Translations under genes and position numbers: made by a program
The notes under the pieces: model-generated
The model's input: the letters and a program-made list of their open reading frames with translations, nothing else
The model's database searches: none
Told to the model about the DNA's origin: nothing
Assembly: GCF_009914755.1 (NCBI RefSeq)
Contig: NC_060944.1
DNA from: the human T2T-CHM13v2.0 reference genome, Homo sapiens
Strand: one strand, 5' to 3'
Length of the DNA: 64,000 bases
Shown: one piece after another, positions 25,193 to 40,072 of the stretch
Layout: each line of letters starts with the position of its first letter
How positions within the stretch are numbered: the first letter of the stretch is position 1

Positions 25193-26601
25193 GGAAAGGC
25201 CCAGGACAGCCCCGAGATTTAAGGGGTGGCACAAGTACAAATCAGGCTGTTAGAATGGTCCCTTTGGGGTAACTAAACATAATATCAAGACATATATGGT
25301 GGTGTATGAACCAAACGTTTTTCTAGAAGGCATTAGAAGATAGTGTTGGCAGGGTTTACCTCTGGAGAGCAGCGGGCCAGGTGGGGAGGGCGCTGTCACA
25401 GCCTCCCTTGTCCTCTCTGTGGACACAGCATGGGCTTATGCAGGTGGCACACACACCACGTCTATTTTTGCAAAAAATGAATAAGGCAATAACTGGTTGG
25501 TAAGATTTTAAGTCATTTTTGTTTGGCTTTTTTCTCTATCGTTCTTTGTTTTAACTAATAAACGTTGTTAACCAATGAAGGGGTAGGTGGGGGAAGAGAT
25601 GGTGAAGGTGAGTGAAAAGGGGTGGTCAGAGAGGTGGGAGGAATAGCAGAAGAGAGTGGGGTGGAGGAAATCAGAGGGGGGTGAGTTTGGAGGAGGGCCC
25701 GCCCCCCACCGGTCCAGTGCTGATAAGAGACCAAGGGGGAGGGGCCCCTTGAGGTGAGGATCAGGGCGTCCTCAGTGACAGCACCAGGAAGGCCACCTGT
25801 GACCTGGTGATGGTTGTAACGAGGAGGGGGCGGGCACCAGATTGGAGTGGGCTGAGCAGTGAGTGGGAGAGTGAAGCGAAGACAACTTGATAAGTTGGGC
25901 TTTGAAGGGAAGGAGGGAGGGGGCGGTAGCTGGAGAGGAAGGCAGGGCCGAGGGAGGGCTTTCTTAAAGGAGAGAGTTGGGTGTGCTCAGTGCTAATGAG
26001 AGGGGGCGAAAGTGTAGATCCAGGCAGAAGGTAGGGGGCAGGAGGCGTTGGCCGAGACAAGAGGAAGGAAGGATCCTCCGTGATGACAGGTGACAAGGAG
26101 GAGGAGGAGGAGGAGAAGGAGGAGGAGCGAAAGGGTGATCAAGGGGTGGGGGCCCCAGGGAGCTGGGAACAGAACCCAGGCCTCTCCCCCTGGGCTCCTA
26201 GGCACTCCCTCTGGGGGACCACCCTCCAGTTCTACACTTCTGGGGGCAGTCCCCAGCTTTGCTTCTCGTGCTGGCCACCAGCCCAGCCTGGGCTTGCAGG
26301 CCCTTCAGCTGGCCTCAGGGCCCAGGCAGCCTCTTGGTTCTGTGCATCTCTGGTGCATTGCATGACCTTCAGTGAGTCCTCCCCACCTCTGCCCCAGGCC
26401 TCAGTTTCTCCTTAAAGGTTGTTTCAGCTCCAGGAGACTAGAACTCCATGGTTCAATGCCCCTTCCAGTCCTGCCTCTGCCACCCCAGCCACCAATGTCT
26501 GGATTAAGGAAAACTCAGGATGGGCCTTCTGACCTAGAGATGACCTAGACAGACACCTTTCATATCATCAGAAGGGACCTGCCACTTGGAATTTTGTGGA
26601 C

Positions 26602-26961
<360 letters not shown>

Positions 26962-27329
26962 TAGTTTTTCCAGAGATTCTTGCTCTAAATCTTCAAGAGC
27001 AGCAGGAAAGACCACTGCTTGGGGGAGGGGGCAGATTTCGGCTCAGGAAGGCCAAGTTCTGGTCCAGACACTGTTCCAACCCAGCTATGTGGCTCTAAGT
27101 GAATCCTGTGTCTCTCTGGGTGGACCTCAGCGGTGTCTGCCGAAAACTGGAGAGAATCTTGGCTCCCACGTGGTTTTACTGCAAGGGCTGAATGAGATAA
27201 TGCGCACACGCTCTCCTACAACATTGCAAAAGCTCGGTATATGATAACTATTATCATAATTAATAAGCCCCACCCTGGTCCATTAACGCTGAAAACGCAA
27301 AAAACTCATGACTCAGGAGTCGGTGTGAG

Positions 27330-27830
27330 AGAAATATCGGCATGTGTAGCAGGAGGTGTGTACACAGATGGTCACATGGCATGGCTGATGATAAGGGGAA
27401 AAGGGGAAACATCTTACGGGTCCATCGCTAAGGGAGTGGACAAATAAAATGGAGTGTATTCATCTGATGGAACACAGCCACTTAAATGGAGTGAACCAGA
27501 GCTATATATGACAACATTGATAGCTTTCAAAAACGTTGTTGGAGAGAAAAAAGCAAATTGCAGAGTGATACATCAGTATGAATCCATTTACATTAAAAAT
27601 ACCACAAAACAATGCTAGTTATTTTCTGTGGGTACATATAATGTATGCTAAAGTCTAAAAATGGTCTGCAGTGATACATACTAAGCTCATCCTAGGAGCT
27701 GGTGCTGAGGAAGTGGGAGGGGACCAGATTGGAGGTGGTGGGGAAGGGACTTCAGCTTCATCGACAGTGCCCTGATTTCTAAGAGAATGGATTCAGGTAT
27801 TTCTTATAAAATTAAAATTATTTTTAAAAG
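27330..27830 (+). mobile_element. Old L1ME 3' fragment
   Basis: gtccatcgctaagggagtggacaaataaaatggagtgtattcat...aaagcaaattgcag. Confidence 0.72.
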
Positions 27831-28171
27831 AAATTAACCACTTTATTTAAATAATTTCTGCCCTGCCTATTTCACTAAATTGTTTGGAGGATCAAATTAT
27901 ACGTGCAGAGAGAATGTGTAATTCATTTTCTAGTTGACGGAGCATTTTTTTTAACCCATGTGAACTTACTCCATCCTCCCAACAAGACTTTGAGGGATGG
28001 ATTATAATTTCTGTGCTATTGAGGAGGAAACCGGGGCACAGAGGGCTGCAGTGATTTGTCCCAGGTCACATACGTGTCATGGGGACGAGTTGGGAGTCAC
28101 ACCTGGGGCTGTCTGGTTCCACAGGCTGGGCCTCTTTTTCTGCTGCTTCAAGCTCTGGGGTAAAAACAACA

Positions 28172-28602
<431 letters not shown>

Positions 28603-31600
28603 CTAAAGACCTCAGCCTATGGTCTGGGGGCTGCCTTCTCTCTTGAGACCCTCACTCACTGTTCCCTGGGAGGCAGTGTAGTGCTGAGGATAGACCTTGG
28701 CTATTGGACTCAGGGAGACCTGGATTTGAATGTCAGTTCTGTCACATACAGTGACCTTGAGCAATCCACTTCCTCACTCTGTAAGATAAGACCTAGTTTG
28801 CAGGTTGCTGCGGGCAAAATGTGTATGGTGGGCACTCAGTGAATGTTATGTCCTGCTCTCTTTTCCTCTTCCAACAGCTTCTCCAACTCTGAGCAGGGGC
28901 CTGGATAATTCTAGGCAGTGTCTGGCTTAACCCTGAATGCTGTGTGAGCCACAGTGTCCAACACAAAGTAGGTTCTCAGGAAAGTCTGTGATTTGGCTTC
29001 AGGAAGTTTGTGGGGTTAAAGGACCAATGACAACAGGAAAAGTCACCACAATCTAACTGGGGTAGCAGACCTACTCACAAGCAAAGGTCTTCCCAATCTC
29101 AATTGATTTCTGGGGTCAGCTCACTGGGGCCATCTTGAACTCTACCTTTAGGGCAGTAGGGGGCCATTGAAAGTTTGATCAAGGGAGTGACATGTCTAAA
29201 TAGACTTCTGAAAGAACATGTTGTCTGTGTGGAGGGTGGCTTTGGAAGGGAAGCCCAGCGGTAGAGAGACTGCCTGGAGGCAGGGAGGCCTTGAGGAGGC
29301 TGTGGTGAACAGTTCAGGTGACAGATGGGGCCCTGACATCCCTTCTAATCCTGTGAGATGCCTGGGGGACTGGAGGAGGCCAGGGAAGAGTAGAGTGGCT
29401 GGACTGGATTTTGAAAGATGCTAGGATTTTCTTGGAGATTGAAAGGAAACCTGTGATGTATATGAGGACGTGTTTTGTAAATGGAAAAAAATCACACGCC
29501 TACCCTGATACTCTCTTGTCCTTGTCGACAGCTTTTCTTGGGCATATAACATCCTGCCTTTGTATTCAGGGAGCGTTGACACGGGTCTCAAGGAAATTCC
29601 CAGCTCACCTGAATCACTTGGCAGAACAAGTTTTTATGTCAACTCACAAACTGACCCATGTAAGCCCTCCAACAAACACAGAGTGCATTATTTCGAAGGT
29701 AGGTAGCCAACAAAGGGAAATGGTCAGTTTTTCTTTTTTCTTGTTTGTCACAGACACATCTGTCGACCCACACCTGGCATTCAGGATAATATCACAGATG
29801 CCCAGACCTTCAGATTCAAGGGAAAGGCAGGAATATGGACAGGATATGAGAAAGGAGTTTACAGTTCATCATAAAAATCACAGCTCCTGGCTTTTGAATG
29901 CTTACTATGTGCGGAGCACACGCATTAATTCTTATATCAATGTCTGATGCGGGTGCTACTATTACAGATGCCTTTTACAGATGACAGAATGCAGAGCTTA
30001 GGGAATGAAAGTATCTTACCGAAATTCACACAGCTGGCAGAGCAGGAGCTGGATCTAAGGTCCACTATGACAGCTTTCTCCTATCACTAGACTTGAATAC
30101 GAATACCTTCCTTTTTGTCCCCAAAGATACCGATACTGATGAGTCTGATGATCATGCTTCATTTATTCATTGAAAAAATAATTATTGAGTGCCTGCACCA
30201 TGGTTGGCAAAGAGGGAAGAGAATGGTGGTAGAACAGGATAGACAAAGATCCAGAGACAGAAATGAATACAACGTGCCCAGGATACCCTGAGTTTGGCAG
30301 GTTAGATTCCACAGTAGATTTGCCCCGGGGGTGGGAGCAGCACTGGGGAGAAAGGGGTCTCTACACACAGTGGGTGGAGATGCATGGGGCCAAGTGCCCT
30401 GAGAGAGCAGGAAGGAGTCTCGCTTCCTTATTTATTACCTCTGGGCTCTCAAATGCATGACTACTAGGCAGAAGTGACAAAATAAAAAGGGAAAGGAAAA
30501 AATGCCAGCTACAGCCAGAATAAAATCAGGGCAAATAGAATAAAACCTGACAGCCAAGTGTAAATAAATATTCGTAAAAGAGTTAAAGGACAGATTAAAA
30601 TAAAAACACCAAATGCAATTCTTACCCCTTGACAAATGCAGTGCGAATTGGGTTCTTTTAATCAAATGTTTGGCAGGTGTATGAATTATTTATAATTCAA
30701 TATCGGGTGGTTAAATGGAAAATGGAAGATGTTCCCGTCGTCTTCTCAGAGCTTATCCGCCTCCCCCAGTGAGTTCTCCCCCGGGGGAGGGAAGGGTGGG
30801 TGGGTGATTGCCCCTCCCCCATACCAGGTGCAGGCCTGGACGCTGGAACCCGTAATCCCTGCCTAATTCTGGGCGTCACCATTTGTCAACTTGCTCCCTC
30901 GTCACAAGCCTCCTTGCTGCTCAGAGCTTTGTTCAGGAAGGCGGGCTCTTCAAAGCTAGGGACAGGAGTGGGAGCAGCTGGCCAGGTCTAGGGGAGCCTG
31001 GAGTCCAGAGACCCAGGTTCATGGCCCAGGGCTTCCACAGACTCTGTGCAGCTCTCGCCTCTTCCTGGCCCTCCTCCACTGCCATCCTTTGCTTCCACAT
31101 CCTTTCATTTTTGTTTACAGCATGCAGTACGGCATGGGGTGCCCCCCACATCCAGTTATGGCAAGAAGCATAACTGTCTCCATTTTACAGAGGAGATGCC
31201 TGGATGTACCTCTGGTCACACAAGTGGTGCAAGCTCGAGTTGGGGTTGGAACCTATGTCTTCAGCCTCCAAGTGCACTGGGAATGCATTCTGGGAGCAGG
31301 GGGAGGTCTGGAGTCTGAGTAGAGTGGACAGGACATGAGCTCCAGAATTACACAGACTCAGATTCCGATTCCAGCTGCGTGACCTGGGACACGTTCCCTA
31401 ACATCTCTGGTCTTCCACTTTCCCATCCGTACACTGCAGTAATGATAGGAACTGCCCCCGGGGCTATGGTGAGGATGAAGAGGGGGTGGAATCACTATGC
31501 GATGCCTGCCCTCCATGGAAGCTGGATATTGCTGTCATTACCGTAGTTACAAGAAATGACCCTCATTTTACAGATGAGAAAACTGAGGCCTGCAGTCACA

Positions 31601-33409
31601 GAGACTTCCCCATAGTCATTCAGTGAGTCAGCGGCAGGGAATCCAGACCTCTAGGAGCTTGGCAGACCATGTGTGTCTGGCTCATGCCAGCACCTCCCCA
31701 GGTATCCACCCACCCCTGATTCTGAGTTGGATGTCTACCCTCCCCACCCCCACCGCCATCACCAAAGAGTCCCAGAGAGCAGCTTCACATGGAGTCCCGG
31801 GCCTTTCTGCACTTTTCTGCTCCCCAATCCATTTCTCTGTTTCTGTCTCACACACACACATATGCACACACACCACACGCATACACACACCCCGTGAGCC
31901 AAAGCAGGAGCGGAGGATCCCACCACAGCCAAATGTTGCCTGACTTCCCTGAGCAGCAGATGAATGAGTCCTCACAGCTAAAAAACGGCTGTCGGAAAGG
32001 TGGGAGAATGAAGGTAATTAGTCCCCTTAATGCCGACTTCAGACTAATCTTTCACACTTAAGGAAATTGTTCCAATGATTTTCTTATTTTCAGGGGAGCT
32101 CGTTAAGTAAGAATTAGAAAAATAGATATGGCAGGAGATAAGAAAATGGATTTTGTAGTGACAAGCTGCCTATACACACCGAGAGGGGGCTGGCTGGCCC
32201 GGGTCTGACGCACAGACCCAGATCTTCCTGGAGTGCATGACAGGAAGGTGTGCCAGAGTCCCTGGGCAGGACAAAGACCACCAGGGGGACAAAGGTGATC
32301 AGTGAACCCTGATTGCAGTTCGTCTTTGCACCCAGACCATCGTTCTCAGCCTCCCTGCTCCTAAGCCCTGGCTGGAAGAAGCGGTTCACAACTTTCCTCA
32401 ACATCTGGAAAGAATGATGTCTTTGCAGGGACCCACTGCAGAAAATTCAGACCTCAACACCTTCTGGGATCTTTGGGGGAAGCCAAGGAACATTTATTGA
32501 ATCCCTGCTGTATGCAAGCTGCTGTGCTGGCTGCTTTCTCTCCATTTCACCTGACAGCCCCAGGAGGTAGATGTACAGAGGTGGAGGTGCAGACTCAGAG
32601 GTGGGGCCGATGTTCAGCTAGCCCTGTCAGTTGTTTTCAACTGTCACCTGTTCTGATTGATCAGTGAGTATGCTGGTCCAGTGGCTCAGTATTTTTAATA
32701 TTTCTCTTTGTCATGTGAGCCAAGGCCACAGGGCTGTAGATTCCCATCTGAAACTGGAACCCATGGTGTCTGACACCAAAGCACGCCATTTCTGTCCCTC
32801 CAGGCCGCCTCTGTGTAAGGAGTCCCAGTGGGAAGGAGGCATGGAGGGGATGACTTGGAGCCAGGAGAAACTGTCTCCTGCCAAGATAGTGCAGCTTTAC
32901 TAGGTGGGAAAATGGGAGGGAAAGTCTGAAAGGTGTTTGTCCTTCTGGGATGGGCACAGATCATTTTTCCCTCACTCCTCATCAGCACTCATTCCTGCCT
33001 CTCCATCTCTGCTCAGGCTTTCCCCCGACCCCCAACCTGACCACTGTACCCAGTGCTGATCACTCCTGGTCTTCATTCATCCCCAACAGCCCCAGACTTC
33101 TCTTTCGCCCCTGTACCTGGTGGGGACTCATTGGTTCCCATGTTTAGCTGCATTCTGGGAAGCTTGCCTTTGCATGTGCCGTGACCATCCGGTCTGTGGA
33201 CCAGGTTGCAGCATTGTTAGCAGAACTGCCTGGTGATTGGCTCTGCCAAAGGAGAATTGTTCTCGAACAGGCCAAATGGGAAAACGAGACTTTGTGAAAA
33301 TGTCAACATGACATTTTTCCTGGGTCACAGGCCAAGTCTCCCCCACTCCCCCACCACAATGTAGACCTCTGCTGTGCAGAATTTGTGTGTTTGGAGAAAG
33401 CCCCTAGTG

Positions 33410-33635
33410 CAGTGCTTCTCAACCAGGGGGGACCTTGCGACCCTTGGGACATTTGCAACGTCTGGAGACATCTTCGCTTGTCACAACTGAGAGGCTGCTA
33501 CTGGCATCTAGTGGGTGGAGGGCAGGAATGTTGCTAAACATTCCAAAGTGCCCAGGACACCTTCCCCCCAAACACCCATACACAAAATAATTATCAAACC
33601 TAAGATATCAGTAGTGCTGATGTTAAGAAACTGCC
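33410..33635 (+). mobile_element. MER20 (hAT-Charlie MITE)
   Basis: cagtgcttctcaacc...ttgtcacaactg...ctactggcatctagtgggt...gttaagaaactg. Confidence 0.88.
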
Positions 33636-35379
33636 CTGCGGTCATCTGATCCAACGTTCCCTTTAAGCAACTTACCTCAGAGTTGGGGATAGAATCCAGG
33701 TCTCCTGACTGTTTCTACCACTGAGATTAAATGATGGAAAGGGAATTGGACCTCTGAGGCAAGATTCAGGGTTCAGACACCTTTTGTTTTCAATTTGACA
33801 CATATACATTGTGCTCCTGTGACATACCAGGCATTGGACAAGGTGCTGGGTACTCAGTGGTGGATTAAAATATATACAATCTCTGCCCGTTTGGGACTCC
33901 CATGTAGTGGATTTTGAGCTGGGTGACCTTAGGCATGTCTCTTCCTCCTCTGAGCCTTAGTTTCCTAATCTCTAAAATGGGCACGACAGGCTGTCTGTCC
34001 CAGCATTTTTGTCAGGCCTTCAGGAATTTAAATGTCAAATACAATTGTAGATTCTCGATAAACATTTAAGTGGATTGAATGCTTCTCCTTCCTGGAGAGG
34101 GCTGGCAGGTGGTGGGGAGAGTTTTTCTACAAGGAAAAGAGAAAGGGGAGAAAACTAAGACATTATGGAGCACTTACTGTATGCTTTTCATGGGATCTTC
34201 CTGTCAACCCTGGAAGGCAGGTGTTCTCTTACTCAAAGAGAAGATGAGGAAACGGGGGCTCAGAGAGGGAAAGGGACATGCTCAAGCTGGATTTGAACCC
34301 AGCTGCCTGGCTCTTTCAGCTCTCCCACTCTGATGCTGGGCAGGGAGTCGAGGTCCAAATCTGACCACGCCTGGCCCTCAAGCCTTATTCCCCAGCATCC
34401 CCCGGGGTCTCAGTCTCACCCCATTAGCGCTGCTTTAAAAAGTGCGGACCGACCAGGGCGCGTTATTGCCCACATAAATCAGGCAGCTCCAAGTATGGAA
34501 CACCTTTAAACAAACAGCTGATGGGAGTGAAGTTCCAGGATCATTATTAATAGCTTTTCATTTCAGTGGCCGCTGTGCTGTGACATGCCTTCCCAGCAGA
34601 AACCCTGCGCAGCCAGCCCCCGATCCGCCGATCCCCCGAGTCTACCAGTCAGAATGAATGACTGTACCTTTGTGTTAATTGTGGAGCCCAGCCACATGCA
34701 GAATGCTAATAGGGCTGAGTGAGAGGGGGTGGGTGCCAGCCTTGCCTGGTTGCTGGGCGGGGAAGGACCCCACCTCTGGTCTTCCTCCGTGGCAGCCAGC
34801 TGCTATATCTGTCTAACATCCTTATCTGAGCTCTGCCCTCCTCTGCTCTAGAAAGCCCTATGGCTCCTGTGGCCCAGACCCAATTCCAGACTCATCTGTC
34901 TGCCATTCAGGGTCCTTCATGTCTCTTCCTTTCTGTGGCTCCAGCCTCCTTTCTTGCATTCCAATACCATGGAGTCCTGTGCTGCTCAAACTCTTATTCA
35001 TTTATTCATCCATTCAATCAATCATCCATTTATTCAATAAACATTTACTAAGCCCTCTGAGGGATAGAGGGGATGAAGCTGTGAACAAGACGGGCATGGT
35101 CCGTCATCCCATGGAATTTAATATCAAGCAGAAAAGACAGACGTTAGGTCTGTGTCAGTTTAGCTCTTTATCATCTGTGTAACCTTGCATGAATAACCTC
35201 TTCTGGGCCTCAGTTTCCTCCTCTGTAGAATGGGAATAATAACAGTAGCTACCTCACACGGTGGTGTCAGGACTTAAATAGCTAAAAAGATATGTGAATC
35301 ACTCAATATTCCTCTGATCATTTACTATGGAGTAAGAAGTACTCCGTAAGTGTTAGCTGTTATTATCATTATTAACTCA

Positions 35380-36140
35380 CGACTTCATTAAAACATGCGA
35401 TGATGACTATAAAAGAAAGGTACAAGGAGAGCATCTGACAGGGAGCTCGGACTAGTCTGGGGCTCTTGGGAAGGGGTCCCTGAGAAAGTGATTTGTTCTC
35501 AGACTGGAGTGTGGGGGTGGCGAGGGCGAGGGCAGCCAGGTGGAGGGAACAGCCTGGGTAGAGGCCCTGAGGCTGGATGGATTTTGCCAAGCTGAGAACC
35601 TGAAAGGCAGCGGGGAGGTTGGCACGTCAGGAGCAATGGGGAAGAAGGCCGAGATGAGACAGGAGAAGCAGGCAGGAGGCCACACCGTGCAGGATCTCGT
35701 GGGCCTTGTTAAATTTTAGATTTCATTCTAAGAGCAATGGGAAGCTATTGAAAGCTTCCGAAGCAGAGGATTGGCATGAATCTTATTCTGTTTGGAACTC
35801 ACCCAGGCTACTGTGGGTGTGAAGCAGACTGGCCCCCGCCCCTTCACCTGCTGGGGTCCCCCATCAGGTGGCTGAGAATGAAACACGGACATGGGAGAGG
35901 AGGATGTTGTCCAGGTGAACAATAATGGTGGCTTGAAGTAGGTGGGGGCAGTGAGGTTGGAGAGGAGTGGGCTATTTCTAGAGACATACGGAAGGCAGAA
36001 TCCTCGGGATATAGTAGGAATGCTACGGGGAGCTGCAAGATGAGGACCTGTTCGGTAAGACCTTGAGGTGGCCCCATTCACAGATTTGGGGAAGAGAGGG
36101 AAGTAGCAAGTTTGGAGGATAAGGAACCATTTATGTAGCT
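35380..36140 (-). mobile_element. L2 fragment
   Basis: ctaagagcaatgggaagctattgaaag...gtccaggtg...atggtggcttg. Confidence 0.72.
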
Positions 36141-36269
36141 TAACATTCCCCAATGTGTGGAGGCCTGTGAGCCCTTGCATGTACTGTTCCAGGGAGAATG
36201 TCCTTCCCCAATCTTGTCTGATGGGGGATTTTGTATGAATCACTCAAAGCCAGGCTCCAATATCCCCTC

Positions 36270-37530
36270 CAATATATGAATCCCTCCCTGGTACCCCAGA
36301 TTTGGTCTCTCTCCCCTATGTGTCCACACCTCTCCCAGCACCCTGTACCTCATAGAGCTCTTGGCTCCTTCAGTTTCCTCTGCTGTTTCCATCTCATTTC
36401 CCTCCAAGTTTTCGAAGGCCCCAGAGGGTAGTCCCTGGGCCACTCCTCCTCAGATGACCACATGTAACCCCGCAGCTTGAAACCCCATGGATTTGCTGAT
36501 GACACCCAAATATGTGTGTCCAACTCAGATGTCTGCCCAAAACCCAACACATAGAGCCTCTTGCCTGTTCAGTGCAGATATCTAAAACGCCCTTCAAAAC
36601 CCTCATGTCTGAACCCGGACTCCTGAGTCCTACCCCCAACCACACACAAATAATGAGAACATAAATTCAAAAACTGCTCCTCTTCCAGCATTCCCCAGTT
36701 CGGTAACTGGCAACTCCATGCTTCCAGCTGCTTCCGCCAAAAGCCTTGAAGTCAGTCTTGACTTCACACCCCACATCCAATCCATCAGCAAATCTTGCCA
36801 GCTCTACCTTAAAATAGATCCAGAATCTGGCCGATCTTGCCACCTTCATTGTTAGCAGCCTGGTCCGGCCACCATCATCTCTCACCTGGATGATTGCAAC
36901 AGCCTCCTAACTGGTATCCCTGCTTCTGCCCTGGCCCCCTGCAGACTGTTCTCAGTTATGGTGTTAAAACATAAATCAGGCCGTAACACTCCTTCTCTCA
37001 AAATTCTTTTGGCTTCTTGTCTTACTCGGAGTAAAATGGCTCATAAGATCCAACAAGAATTGGCTTCTTGTTACTTCTCTGACCTTTTCCTACTCCCCTC
37101 TCCCTCTATTTCAGCCACACTGGCCCTCTGGCTCTTCTCTGAATAGACCAGGTATGATCCCACCTTTGGGCCTTTGCACTTGCTGGTCCTCTTGCCTGGA
37201 ACACCCTCGCCCCTGATGTCTGCCTGGCTCACTCTCTCCCTTCCTTCGAGGGTCTGCTCAAATGGCTGACCCCATGCACCTTTCCCTTACAACCTGTGAT
37301 AAACTAGCTCCTCAGTTCCCCAGGCCATTCATATCCCCTCATCCTGCTTTCTTCACCTTCTCCATAACACTTATCACTATCTGATATATTATAAATGGAT
37401 GCCTCCTTTCTCTATAATGTGAGTGCCATGATTTTAGGGGTGTTGTCTTTTTTGCTTGATGCTGTATTCCCAGCATTTAGAACAGCGCATGGCACATAAT
37501 AGGTGCTCAGTGGATATTTCTTGAATGACT
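36270..37530 (+). mobile_element. Long L2 3' fragment
   Basis: ccaccatcatctctcacctggatgattgcaacagcctcctaactgg...ggcacataataggtgctca. Confidence 0.85.
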
Positions 37531-38296
37531 CGCATAGTTTTTATCTATCTGTCTTCCTGTTTGTCTGCTTGTCTGTCTCCCCCAGCAGACAGCGGGAAGC
37601 CACTGGATCCGATTCTCCACTGCTTTCCTGGTGTCCAACACAGAGTCTGCAGAGTGGGTGCTCATCAAATGTTTGAATAAACAAATGAATAATAATAGAA
37701 TTTCCAGATGGATTGCCTGGGGCGATATGAGGGAGGGATTATGGCTAGACAGAGCTGCCTACTGGAAATTTTCCTGCCATTTCTGAAGGACCTGGGGTCA
37801 CCTGGGAGGGGAGGAAGCTAGAAACATGAGCCAAGGAATCTCTAGAGGCCAGAAGGGATAGAGATTAAAATTTAGGAGCTGGTGATGGAAGGATCTGGAA
37901 GTGCAGGTTTCCAACTTGGCTTCATGTTTGAGGCTAACCTGTGGATTTAGAATTCTGTTGGAAGTTCAGGAAACTAAAGTTTTAGAACAGGCCAAGAGTT
38001 TAGGGTTAGGGTCTGAATTAAGGTTTGGAGTTTGGAAAACAGGTTGAAGCTTTGGATTTAAAGTTAATATTCAGAATTCTAGTTAGAGCTGAGTGTTTGG
38101 GAGCTGGGCCTAATGTTTGTGGTCAACTGGTTTTGAGAATGGGTCAAGAAATGAAAACTTTGGTGAGAAAACTGTACAAAGTTGAAGGTGGCATCAACTT
38201 GAGGGGCTCAACTTGAGGATATTTATTAGATTTTCAAAGCTTCTTTGCCAGGACACTATGAGACAGAAGCTCACAATATATAGTCAAGTTCTTGAA

Positions 38297-38514
38297 CAGT
38301 TTTTCTCCACCAGGGGCAATTTTGCCACCCAGGGGACATTTAGCAATGACTAGAGATGTTTCTGGTTGTCACAACTGGGTGGGAGGGTGCTGCTGGCATC
38401 TAGTGGGTAGAGGCCAGGAATGCTGCTAAACATTCTACAATGCCCGGGACAGCCCTCCACGACAAAGAATTATCCAGCCCCAAATGTCAATAGAGCTGAG
38501 GTTGAGAAACCCAG
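38297..38514 (+). mobile_element. MER20
   Basis: Near-complete copy ending gaggttgagaaacccag. Confidence 0.9.
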
Positions 38515-39027
38515 CACTGGAGGATTTATTCATTCTCTGAAGGGTTAGCCAAGGCTAATCCAAGTGGGCCAGGAGTCAGGATATGAGTGTTTAGGGGGAG
38601 GGCTAGTGCGATGCGGGCCTGAGCTATAGAGTCAGGTGTGGGCACCCTTGTGTCCCCCTCCTCCTGGATGGAGCTGCTGACAGCTAACTCTGGCTCTGGC
38701 AGACTCTAAGGGAGAGGAAGGGGGTTAGGGTGGAGATGGGGAGGGAGAAGGAGGAGAGGGCCAGCCCAATGTGTCAGGGAATTCACGAAGCTAGAGACAA
38801 GCAGGGTGGGAGCTGGTGAAAGAGAGAGAGAGAGTAATAGTTTTGCAGAGTTGCAGAGAGCCCAAGCAGGGTCTATGGGGGGTGTGTTTGGAAGGAAGGC
38901 TGGGGGTGTGGCATGGATAGTCAGAGAGCTGCAGAGAGAGTTGGCATCTGGAGGGCCTGGTGTCCAATGCACCCTCTGCAACTTATGTGACTGCCTTGTT
39001 CAAGACAGAATTCAAATAATAACAGCT

Positions 39028-39364
<337 letters not shown>

Positions 39365-39842
39365 CTAACACTTGCATCGCACTTACTCTGTGTCGCTCTA
39401 AATGCTTTACATCTGTTAACTCATTTTTAATCCTCCATTGAGCCTGTGTGATGGGTACTACCATAATCCCCGTTTTACAGATTGGAAATGGAGGCAAAGG
39501 GGTCAGGTAAGTTGCATAAGATCCCATAGCCCTGAGCGGCCCTGCTGGCTCCAGAGCTGGCTCCAGGCTTCTGTTTTCCATTTGCTTCCTCTGCCGTCGA
39601 CATTCATGATCTCATCACACCCTCTCAATAGTCTCCCGAGATAGGTGCTCTTGTTACGGCCCCTGCTGCACTGATGAAGTAACCAAGGCACAGAGAGGTG
39701 AACGACCTCTCAACACAGCCAGGTCTGCCTGACAGCAAGGCCACTTCTGCTCCTCTGCGTTGCAGCCTGGGGTGCACCTCTGCACAGGCCCATGTGCCCA
39801 CTCTTGTGGCCATATCTGATCTTCACAAATGGCCTCAGACTT

Positions 39843-40072
39843 CAGGGTTTCTCAGCCTCAGCAGCAGTGACATTTTGGCTGGATAACCCTTTGTTGGTGG
39901 GGGCTGTCCTGTGCAGGGTAGGATGGCTGGCCGTATTCTTGGCCTCTACCCATTGAATACCAGTAGCACTCTTTATTCCCAGTTGTGACAACCAAAATTG
40001 TCCTCTAGACAATGCCAAATGTTCCCTGGAGGCCAAAATCAACTGCTCTCCCACCCCAATGGAGAATGACTG
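39843..40072 (-). mobile_element. MER20
   Basis: cagggtttctcagcctc...ccagttgtgacaacc...gagaatgactg. Confidence 0.9.

Noticed and set aside
29411-29947. 178-aa ORF with a + strand donor (AAG|GTAGGT, ~29698) and acceptor (...ttgtttgtcacag, 29751)
   Set aside because: No recognisable protein, it ends in a MIR, and the implied ~53-nt intron is too short for human splicing. The acceptor alone is insufficient.
37796-37820. Possible recursive splice site on minus (cttcctcccctcccag|gtgacc)
   Set aside because: Weak reconstituted donor; such motifs are expected by chance in 56 kb.
37860-38220. G/T-rich stretch containing TTAGGGTTAGGG (38000-38011)
   Set aside because: Only two perfect telomeric units; cannot support an interstitial telomere.
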